A DNA stretch of 64,000 bases from an uncultured SAR86 cluster bacterium (GTDB lineage: Bacteria; Pseudomonadota; Gammaproteobacteria; Magnimaribacterales; D2472), in contig CACLMT010000006.1 of NCBI GenBank assembly GCA_902608115.1, positions 3,361 to 67,360 of the forward strand. The letters are read 5' to 3'. The notes beneath the pieces are model-generated. The model ran no database searches and was not told the DNA's origin. It saw only the letters and a program-made list of their open reading frames with translations. The position numbers were made by a program, and so were the translations under genes. This document shows, one piece after another, positions 39,696 through 47,738 of this stretch (positions are counted from its first letter, which is position 1; the number at the start of each line of letters is the position of its first letter).

Positions 39696-41611
39696 GTTTT
39701 AATTCACTACTTATTGCAAACCGAGGCGAGATTGCTTGCAGAATAATGCTAACTGCACAAAATATGGGTATAAAGTGCATTGCTGTATATGTAGATGCTG
39801 ATTCAAATGCTCCTTTTGTAAAAATAGCTGATGAAGCAATCAAATTACCCACAAACTATATGGATATTGTTGCAATAATTGAAGCAGCAAAGAAAACAGG
39901 CGCAGAGGCAATCCATCCAGGTTATGGTTTCTTATCTGAAAATGCATCATTTGCAAGAAAAGTTATAAATAGTAAATTAATTTGGGTTGGTCCATCTCCT
40001 AATGTCATCAAAGTCATGGGCGATAAACTTAAAGCAAAGGAATTAGCTGATAAATCTGATGTTCCTACGCTCCCTATGGCTTCTGATCTTAAAAATGCAA
40101 AAAGTCTTGGCTACCCGTTACTTGTAAAAGCTGTAGCTGGTGGTGGCGGAAAAGGAATGCGAATCGTAAAAAATCCAAAAGCTTTAAAAGAATTGGTTGC
40201 AAGCGCAAAAAGAGAAGCTTTATCAAGCTTTGATGATGATAGAATTTTTATAGAAAAGTATATTCAAAAATCACGTCATATAGAAATTCAAATATTGGGG
40301 GACCAACATGGAAATGTCGTTCACTTAGGTGAAAGAGAATGCTCGATTCAAAGAAGGCATCAAAAGATTATTGAAGAATCTCCTTCCTCTAGAGTGGATC
40401 CCTTGCTACGAGAAGAAATGGGAAAAGCTGCAATAAAATTAGCAAAAAAAATTAAGTATTCTTCAGCGGGTACTGTGGAATTTTTATTAGATGATAAAAC
40501 TGGTGAATTCTGGTTCTTAGAAGTAAATACCAGGTTGCAGGTAGAGCATCCGATTACAGAAGAAATCACTGGTATTGATCTAGTGTATGAACAAATAAAA
40601 ATTGCTAGAGGTGAAGAACTTAAATTTTCCCAAGATGATATTGATTGGCATGGACATGCAATTGAGGTGAGATTATATGCAGAAGACCCAGAAAATAATT
40701 TTTTACCTGAAGTGGGTACTTTGTTAGCATACGATACCTCAAAAGCTGATGATATTAGATGGGATTCTGGTGTAGAAAAAGGTTATAAAGTTGGTACTGA
40801 CTTTGATCCAATGTTATCAAAAGTTATTTCATGGGCTCCTAATAGAATAGATGCTATAAATAAATTAGCTCGCGGTCTTGAGAAGGCGCACTTTGGCGGG
40901 CTGAAAACCAATAGAGATTTCTTGATAAATTGTTTACGCAATGAGAGTTTTATAAAGGGTAATACAACAACAGATTTCATAGATCGAGAGAATCCAAGCG
41001 CTAGAAAAGAATTAACAAAAATCCAATTACATGAAGCAATGGCAGCAATTGCTGTATGGAATGCTTTACAAAATAGAAGATCTGACGTAGTTACTGGATT
41101 TATGCCTTCTAACTGGACCAATGGCAGAATTCCTGACCAAAGAATTAAATTGCTCATATTGCAAAATGAAGTTGAAGTTACATATAAGTTTCAAAGAAAT
41201 GGACTTTATAAAGTAATGGATTCTAATTGCAAAGTTCATGGCCATGATCAATATGGAATAGATATAGATATAGATTCTCATAGATTTTATGCCCAAATCT
41301 CGCAAGCTGATGACCAATTACTAATCAACATGCCTTACGGTGATCTTGAAGCTACAATTATGCCAAGATTTGTTGACCCAGGAAATGAAATTCCAGAGGG
41401 TGGATTAGTTGCACCTATGCCAGGAAAAGTGATTGATGTAAAAGTAAAAAAAGGTGACAAAGTAAAAACTGGGGATACTTTAATAATTATTGAAGCTATG
41501 AAAATGGAACACTCCATCAAAGCCACTGAAAATGGAAAAATTATAAAATTAATGGTTAGCCTTAATCAACAAGTAGATAATGGAGCAACTCTTCTAGTAT
41601 TAGAAAACTAA
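39692..41611 (+). CDS. acyl-CoA carboxylase biotin carboxylase + BCCP (alpha) subunit
   Basis: LLIANRGEIACRI, ATP-grasp KAVAGGGGKGMR, EVNTRLQVEHPITE, C-terminal biotinylation motif IEAMKMEH. 639 aa. Confidence 0.93.
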   Translation: MSFNSLLIANRGEIACRIMLTAQNMGIKCIAVYVDADSNAPFVKIADEAIKLPTNYMDIVAIIEAAKKTGAEAIHPGYGFLSENASFARKVINSKLIWVGPSPNVIKVMGDKLKAKELADKSDVPTLPMASDLKNAKSLGYPLLVKAVAGGGGKGMRIVKNPKALKELVASAKREALSSFDDDRIFIEKYIQKSRHIEIQILGDQHGNVVHLGERECSIQRRHQKIIEESPSSRVDPLLREEMGKAAIKLAKKIKYSSAGTVEFLLDDKTGEFWFLEVNTRLQVEHPITEEITGIDLVYEQIKIARGEELKFSQDDIDWHGHAIEVRLYAEDPENNFLPEVGTLLAYDTSKADDIRWDSGVEKGYKVGTDFDPMLSKVISWAPNRIDAINKLARGLEKAHFGGLKTNRDFLINCLRNESFIKGNTTTDFIDRENPSARKELTKIQLHEAMAAIAVWNALQNRRSDVVTGFMPSNWTNGRIPDQRIKLLILQNEVEVTYKFQRNGLYKVMDSNCKVHGHDQYGIDIDIDSHRFYAQISQADDQLLINMPYGDLEATIMPRFVDPGNEIPEGGLVAPMPGKVIDVKVKKGDKVKTGDTLIIIEAMKMEHSIKATENGKIIKLMVSLNQQVDNGATLLVLEN

Positions 41612-41612
41612 T

Positions 41613-42215
41613 ATGAAATTAATTGCACCTCTTACAAATATACCAACTAATCTTGGAAAAAGGCATCTTGAGGTTATGGATGAGCTTGAAAGAATACTTG
41701 ATAAAGGTGAATCTTTCTCAACAATGTCTGAGCTTGCTAAAAGATTAAAGATTTCTCTAAGAACATTATATGAAATTGCTCCAAGCAAAGAAGAATTAAT
41801 TGTTACAACTGTTGATAGGGTATTAAAGAAACACGGTAAAATTGCAATGGATGCAATAAAAAATCATTCTTCTCCAATTAAAAAATTAGAAAGTTTTTTA
41901 AGGGTTGCTAATCAAGCTGTGGGTCCAAGATTTGAACAATTTACATCCTCTTTGGGAAATCTTCCAACCTCAAAACCAATGGTTGACTATCATGAACAAT
42001 ATATTACTAATTTCATTAAGGGGCTCTTAGATGAAGCTAAAAATAAGAATGAAATTAAAAATATAGATACTCAAGCAACTGCATTGCTTTTGGGTGGTTT
42101 AGGTAGATATTTTCAAAGTAAGAATTTAATTAAAAATTTAAATCAAACTCCTGAACAAACAACTAATTTTCTAACAGACATAATAATTAGTGGTATTAAA
42201 CTGGAGAATTTGTGA
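41613..42215 (+). CDS. TetR-family transcriptional regulator
   Basis: N-terminal HTH TMSELAKRLKISLRTLYEIAPSKEELI. 200 aa. Embedded between the carboxylase alpha subunit and the AtuA-like gene. Confidence 0.75.
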   Translation: MKLIAPLTNIPTNLGKRHLEVMDELERILDKGESFSTMSELAKRLKISLRTLYEIAPSKEELIVTTVDRVLKKHGKIAMDAIKNHSSPIKKLESFLRVANQAVGPRFEQFTSSLGNLPTSKPMVDYHEQYITNFIKGLLDEAKNKNEIKNIDTQATALLLGGLGRYFQSKNLIKNLNQTPEQTTNFLTDIIISGIKLENL

Positions 42216-43987
42216 ACAAAGAAGTCATTAAAATTGGTAATTGCAGTGGATACTACGGAGACAAACTATCTGCTGCAAAGGATATGGTAGATGGCGGACC
42301 GCTTGATGTATTAACTGGTGACTATTTAGCTGAACTTACTATGGCTATTTTATTCAATCAGAGGATGCAAAGAGGAGAAGACAAAGGTTACGTAGGGACT
42401 TTCTTAAAACAAGTAAAATCAATTGCAAAAACCTGCAAAGATAAAAATATCAAAATAGTAACAAATGCCGGAGGTCTGAATCCTTCTTCTATGGCAAATG
42501 AAATAGAAAAAATTCTTGAAGATTTAGAAATCTCATTAAAAGTAGCCTACATAAGTGGAGATGACTTAATGCCTAGAATTGATGATTTAAAAAAAGATGG
42601 GGAAAAATTTTTAAATATTGATAAAGACATACCTATAGAAGAATCTGGATGTAAAACACTCACTGCGAATGCTTATCTTGGAGCATGGGGCATTAAAGAA
42701 GCATTAGACCAAGGTGCAGATATTGTAGTTTGCCCAAGAGTGACTGATGCCGCTGTAGTTATTGGACCAGCTGCTTGGAAATTTAACTGGCAAAGAAATG
42801 ACTATGATGCTTTAGCTGGCGCTTTGACAGCTGGTCATATTATTGAATGTGGATGTCAAGCCACTGGTGGGAATTATTCCTTTTTTCAAGAAGTTCCGAG
42901 CTTTGATAATGTTGGTTATCCTATAGCTGAAATAAAATCAGATGGGAGTTTTTATATTACCAAGCACCCTGGCACTGGTGGGCTAGTCTCAACTGGAACC
43001 ATTACAGCTCAACTATTATATGAAATTAGTTCTCCTGCTTACCTCAATCCAGATGTAATTGCACACTTTGATACCTTAAAAATTGAACAAGAGTCTAAAA
43101 ATAGAGTCTATATATCTGGCTGCAGAGGAAGCTCTCCTACCAATTCTCACAAAGTATGTATAAATTTAGCAGGTGGGTATAGAAATGGTATGGAATTTAT
43201 CCTTACAGGCCTCGACATTAAAGAAAAAGCCAAGACTATAACTGATGCAATATTTAATTCAGTGGGTGGAAAAGAACAGTTTGATGAAGTTTCAATACTC
43301 CTTGATAGGACTGATAAAAAAGATCCAAATTCCAATGAGGAAGCAATGGCATCTTTAAGAATCTCAGTTAAATCTAAAAATCCTGATCTAGTTGGAAGAT
43401 TATTCAGTGCAAAAATAATAGAACTTGCTTTAGCAAATTACCCAGGTTTTTTTACCGGAGGTGGAGTTAGATCGGGGGGACCAGTTTTGGTATATTGGCC
43501 AGCTTTAATTGATAGTAAACATATTAAAGAAATTGTTCATTTAGATGGTAAGGAAATAGAAATCCTACCCACCAATCAACTTAATTTAGAAGAAATATAC
43601 TATCAAAAGCAACCTATTGAGATCAAACCCGCTCCATCTGATGAAGTAATTAATAAACCTTTAGGAAATCTATTTGGAGCAAGATCAGGAGATAAAGGAG
43701 GATGTGCCAATATTGGAGTATGGGCTAAATCAGAAAATGCTTTCTCGTTTTTACATGAATTTTTAACTGTTAAAAAATTAAAAGAACTTATGCCGGATGT
43801 CGCACAATTTGAAATTGACAGATATGAGTTACCTAATATCCTCTCACTTAATTTTTACATACATGGAATCTTGCAAGATGGAGTTTCTTCAAATACAAGA
43901 AAAGATGGTCAGGCAAAATCTCTAGGAGAATATTTGAGAGCAAAATATATAGATATACCTAAATCATTATTAGAGGAATTATCATGA
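42212..43987 (+). CDS. AtuA-like acyclic-terpene-utilisation protein (DUF1446 family)
   Basis: IGNCSGYYGDKLSAAKDMVDGGPLDVLTGDYLAELTM N-terminus is typical of DUF1446/AtuA. 591 aa. GTG start overlaps the TetR stop (GTGA). Confidence 0.8.
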   Translation: MNKEVIKIGNCSGYYGDKLSAAKDMVDGGPLDVLTGDYLAELTMAILFNQRMQRGEDKGYVGTFLKQVKSIAKTCKDKNIKIVTNAGGLNPSSMANEIEKILEDLEISLKVAYISGDDLMPRIDDLKKDGEKFLNIDKDIPIEESGCKTLTANAYLGAWGIKEALDQGADIVVCPRVTDAAVVIGPAAWKFNWQRNDYDALAGALTAGHIIECGCQATGGNYSFFQEVPSFDNVGYPIAEIKSDGSFYITKHPGTGGLVSTGTITAQLLYEISSPAYLNPDVIAHFDTLKIEQESKNRVYISGCRGSSPTNSHKVCINLAGGYRNGMEFILTGLDIKEKAKTITDAIFNSVGGKEQFDEVSILLDRTDKKDPNSNEEAMASLRISVKSKNPDLVGRLFSAKIIELALANYPGFFTGGGVRSGGPVLVYWPALIDSKHIKEIVHLDGKEIEILPTNQLNLEEIYYQKQPIEIKPAPSDEVINKPLGNLFGARSGDKGGCANIGVWAKSENAFSFLHEFLTVKKLKELMPDVAQFEIDRYELPNILSLNFYIHGILQDGVSSNTRKDGQAKSLGEYLRAKYIDIPKSLLEELS

Positions 43988-44781
43988 GCAAAGAAAAAAT
44001 AAAACTATCAATGGATGGATTGATATTCCAAGCAACAAAAATAGAAATTTCAAACCACATTTTAACAATTACTTTGAATAGACCAGAGAAAAAAAATGCT
44101 CTCAATAATGTAATGATAAATGAAATAAATTACGCACTTGCATACGCTAAACAAGAAAGAGATATCCGAGTTGTTGTGATTGGAGCAGAAGGTAATATTT
44201 TCTGCGCAGGAGCAGATCTCACTAGATCAAAAGGTAAATCAAACGTTCCAAAGCTTGAAAATGCAGATGACATAAGTTTTTCTCTGAGACGTCTTCACAA
44301 ACCTGTTATTTGTAAAATTCAAGGTTCAGTACTAGCAGGAGCCTTGTTAATGATTACCAATGCTACTCATGCAATTGCTGCAGAAGAAGTTAAATTTTCT
44401 GCTCCAGAAATTCACAGAGGGCTATGGCCATTTATGGTTATGGCTGGCTTATTTAGAGTCATACCTAAAAGAGCTGGTTTAGATTTTATTATGCGTGGAG
44501 AACCCATTGATACGTCAAAAGCAAAACAATGGGGCTTAATAAATCAATCTGTTCCAGCTAATAAGTTGGATCAAACAGTCAATAAATTAGCTGCTGAGTT
44601 AGCTAATCTTGCGCCAAGAACAATGCAATTTGGATTAAAAGCTTATGAAAAACAAGATGCTTTAGCTTTTGATGAAGCTTTACCCTATTTACAAGAGCAA
44701 ATTGCTGAGTGCTTTCAAGGTGAAGATGCAAAAGAAGGCATTGCAGCTTTTCTAGAAAAAAGAAAACCTAATTGGAAATAA
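43984..44781 (+). CDS. enoyl-CoA hydratase/isomerase (crotonase) family protein
   Basis: LNRPEKKNAL and FCAGADL crotonase motifs. 265 aa. ATGA overlap with the AtuA-like gene. Confidence 0.88.
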   Translation: MSKEKIKLSMDGLIFQATKIEISNHILTITLNRPEKKNALNNVMINEINYALAYAKQERDIRVVVIGAEGNIFCAGADLTRSKGKSNVPKLENADDISFSLRRLHKPVICKIQGSVLAGALLMITNATHAIAAEEVKFSAPEIHRGLWPFMVMAGLFRVIPKRAGLDFIMRGEPIDTSKAKQWGLINQSVPANKLDQTVNKLAAELANLAPRTMQFGLKAYEKQDALAFDEALPYLQEQIAECFQGEDAKEGIAAFLEKRKPNWK

Positions 44782-44793
44782 ACAAGGAAAACT

Positions 44794-46017
44794 ATGGATT
44801 TAGAATACGGACCTGAATATCAGGAATTTACAAAAGAAGTTCAAGCTTTTTGTAAGAAATATAAAGGCTTATCATTTATTGATAGCCACAAAACTCCTTT
44901 TGGTACATCTGGCGAATCAGGAGGTCCAAAAATGCTTAGATCAAAGTGGCAGAAGATTTTAATAAGAAAAGGTTATTTTGCTAGATCAGTACCCAAGGAA
45001 TATGGTGGTTATGGTGGTGAGGCAGATATGTTAAAAAGCAGAATTATTGCAGCTGAGTTCTCCAAATCTAAGACCCCTACTCCCATGGGTGGTCAAGGCA
45101 TAGATATGTTAGTTCCTACTCTCCTAGAAATGGGAACCGAACAACAAAAACAAGCCTATATAAAACCGACCCTTCACGGAGAAATGATTTGGTGCCAAGG
45201 TTACTCTGAGCCAAATGCAGGAAGTGATCTTGCAAGCCTTCAAACAAAAGGAGAGCTAATTGGAGATGAATGGGTTATTAATGGTCAAAAGATTTGGACA
45301 AGTACTGCACAATTTTCTCAGATGTGCTTTTGCCTAGTGAGGACTGAACCAGATGCTCCAAAGCATGCTGGAATTAGTTATTTGTTGATTCCAATGGATA
45401 CACCTGGAATTGAGATTAGACCCTTAGTAGATATGACTCTAATGCCAGGATTTAATGAAGTATTTTTTACAGATGTAAAAATTTCTGCCAATAATATAGT
45501 TGGTAAAAGAGGCGAAGGCTGGACTGTTGCTAATGCAACTTTGGGTCATGAAAGAGGTTCGCTTGCACCGCCTGATGCAACAATGAATCGCGTAAATATG
45601 TTGATGCATTTAATGAAAAAAGAAACATTAGATGACAAACCTTTAATCGAACATCCAATCTATAGAGATAGATTAATGCAAATTCAAGGAAAAGTACTTG
45701 CCCAACAATCACATGCTCTAAGACTTCTATCAGCCAAATTAAATCCTGGTACTGATGTAAAAATTGGAAAAATGATCCAAAAACTTATTGGAACTGAACT
45801 AAGGCACGAACTTGAAGGGTTAGCTATAGATATTATGGGTGAAATTGGAACCTTATATGAAAATAGTCCTCATGTAAGGAATGAAGGAACATGGCAATTT
45901 ATATATATGTATTTCCTAGGGCTAATTATTGGAGGAGGCACAAGCCAAATTCAAAAAAATATCATTGCTGAACGAGGCCTTGGCATGCCTAAAGAGCCAA
46001 AAGTACAAGGAGCATAA
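44794..46017 (+). CDS. acyl-CoA dehydrogenase family protein (first gene of tandem pair 2)
   Basis: Paralog of 31779-32963 (WCQGYSEPNAGSDLASL). The canonical Glu position reads IIGGGTSQIQ, with Gly instead of Glu. Confidence 0.87.
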   Translation: MDLEYGPEYQEFTKEVQAFCKKYKGLSFIDSHKTPFGTSGESGGPKMLRSKWQKILIRKGYFARSVPKEYGGYGGEADMLKSRIIAAEFSKSKTPTPMGGQGIDMLVPTLLEMGTEQQKQAYIKPTLHGEMIWCQGYSEPNAGSDLASLQTKGELIGDEWVINGQKIWTSTAQFSQMCFCLVRTEPDAPKHAGISYLLIPMDTPGIEIRPLVDMTLMPGFNEVFFTDVKISANNIVGKRGEGWTVANATLGHERGSLAPPDATMNRVNMLMHLMKKETLDDKPLIEHPIYRDRLMQIQGKVLAQQSHALRLLSAKLNPGTDVKIGKMIQKLIGTELRHELEGLAIDIMGEIGTLYENSPHVRNEGTWQFIYMYFLGLIIGGGTSQIQKNIIAERGLGMPKEPKVQGA

Positions 46018-46018
46018 A

Positions 46019-47107
46019 ATGTATTTTGGGTTATCAGAAGAACAATCTTTTTTTAAAGATAATATAAAGAAGTATTTAGACGATAATGCAACATTAGATA
46101 GTATTAGACATATTACTAACGGCGATGAAAAAAATCTAAGTAGAGAAATTCACAATGGCTTATTAAATCTAGGGATTAATAGTTTACTAATCCCTGAAAA
46201 ATATGGAGGACTTGAATTAGACTTGCTTTTTGCTGCAGTTGTTTCAGAAAGTCTTGGTGGGGGTATAGGTCCAGTACCATTTATTGCTCCGTATGTAATT
46301 GCTCCAAAAGCAATTCTTGAAGCTGGCAGTAGTGAACAAAAAGAAAAGTATCTTTCAAAAATAGCGGTGAATGAAGCACTGTTTGGTGTTGGATTTAGTG
46401 AATTTATAGGAAAAAGAAATGATGCAGGCGTAAGTTTCTCTAATGGTGCGCTAAATGGCAGATCAATGTTTGTCCTAGACGCACAAACTGCAACTCATAT
46501 TTTATTGGCTGATAAAAAAGGTAGAATTTTTATTGTTGAAATAAACTCAAATAATATTGAAATTGTTAACCTCACAACAGTTGATAAAACAAGGCAATAT
46601 GCTGAAGTAATCTGCAAAGACTTAGAGGCTGAAATTCTTATAGGTTCTGAGAATTCTCAAGAACCTATTATTAAAGCTATTGATGCTGGAAGAATCATGC
46701 TGGCAGCTGACACCCTAGGGGCTGCACAAACAATGATTAATAAGGCGGTAGATTATGCTAAAGAAAGAAAACAATTTGGTAGAGTAATTGGATCGTTTCA
46801 AGCAGTTAAACATATGTGTGCTGAAATGGCTGCTGACCTAGAGCCATGCTATGCATTAGTATGGCACGCTGCTCACTGTCATGACCACTCGCCTTCTGAT
46901 GCTAGATTAATGGCATGTCATGCAAAATCACATACATCAGAAATGGGAAAAGGTATTGCAAAAAAAGCAACGGAAGTTCATGGGGGTATGGGCTTTACTG
47001 ATTTACTTGGATTGCATTACTGGTTTAAAAGGATTGGTGTCAATCGTCAAATCCTAGGCTCACCAGAACTTGTAAGAGAAGAGGCTATTCAATCACAACT
47101 TAAATAA
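46019..47107 (+). CDS. acyl-CoA dehydrogenase family protein (second gene of tandem pair 2)
   Basis: Paralog of 32972-34111 (FGRVIGSFQAVKHMCA, EVHGGMGFTD). The ATG at 46019 is 1 nt after the preceding stop. The longer ORF from 45929 overlaps the upstream gene and is rejected. Confidence 0.85.
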   Translation: MYFGLSEEQSFFKDNIKKYLDDNATLDSIRHITNGDEKNLSREIHNGLLNLGINSLLIPEKYGGLELDLLFAAVVSESLGGGIGPVPFIAPYVIAPKAILEAGSSEQKEKYLSKIAVNEALFGVGFSEFIGKRNDAGVSFSNGALNGRSMFVLDAQTATHILLADKKGRIFIVEINSNNIEIVNLTTVDKTRQYAEVICKDLEAEILIGSENSQEPIIKAIDAGRIMLAADTLGAAQTMINKAVDYAKERKQFGRVIGSFQAVKHMCAEMAADLEPCYALVWHAAHCHDHSPSDARLMACHAKSHTSEMGKGIAKKATEVHGGMGFTDLLGLHYWFKRIGVNRQILGSPELVREEAIQSQLK

Positions 47108-47714
47108 ATTTATTAATAATTGCTTGTTCCAGTAGGTGCATACGATCATTACCAAAAAACATTTGCTTATGATAAAAAAATGTTGGCGATCCAAAACCTC
47201 CTCTTTCAATCAGCTCTTTTGTATTTTTAATTAATAAATCTTTTGCTTCTTGAGATTCAACATATCTTCTAAAATCATAAGGCTTTAAACCAGCGTTAGA
47301 TGCGATTTCTAATAATAAATTTTCCTGACTTATATCTAGACCGCTCCCCCAATAAGCTTTGAAGACATTCTTAGCAAATGAAACTAAGCAATTTTTTTGA
47401 TCAGCAAATAAACAGCCCCGCATAGCTTTAACAGAATTAATTGGAAAAATTTCTGGCATTATAATTTTAATTTTTCTAACTTTTGCCCATAATTGTAGAT
47501 CTCTATTTGAATAATCAAGTTTTAAAGGATTAGGATTTTTTCTAAACTCATAAACATCTCTATTAACATTATTAAAGACTCCTCCAACTAATATAGGCTT
47601 CCAAATAATTTCAAAATTTAATCTTTGAGATAATTCTAGAATTTCAGTAAATGCTAAATAAGTCCATGGACTTGAACAGTCAAAGTAAAATTCGATATAG
47701 TTAGAGTTCTTCAT
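47100..47714 (-). CDS. 2-hydroxychromene-2-carboxylate isomerase / DsbA-like thioredoxin-fold family protein
   Basis: IEFYFDCSSPWTYLAF N-terminus is typical of the HCCA-isomerase family. 204 aa. Confidence 0.72.
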   Translation of the reverse strand: MKNSNYIEFYFDCSSPWTYLAFTEILELSQRLNFEIIWKPILVGGVFNNVNRDVYEFRKNPNPLKLDYSNRDLQLWAKVRKIKIIMPEIFPINSVKAMRGCLFADQKNCLVSFAKNVFKAYWGSGLDISQENLLLEIASNAGLKPYDFRRYVESQEAKDLLIKNTKELIERGGFGSPTFFYHKQMFFGNDRMHLLEQAIINKFI

Positions 47715-47738
47715 AAATAATATTGTAAATTACTTATC

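Noticed and set aside
40783-41157. 124-aa minus-strand ORF (plus 40360-40569, 41066-41317, 41335-41526) inside the biotin carboxylase/BCCP gene
   Set aside because: Antisense to a highly conserved gene, with no independent support.
45929-46018. N-terminal extension of the fourth ACAD (ORF-track start at 45929)
   Set aside because: The extension overlaps the preceding ACAD by 89 nt and has no homology. The ATG at 46019 (MYFGLSEEQ...) aligns with the paralog's MKLILSEEQ start.
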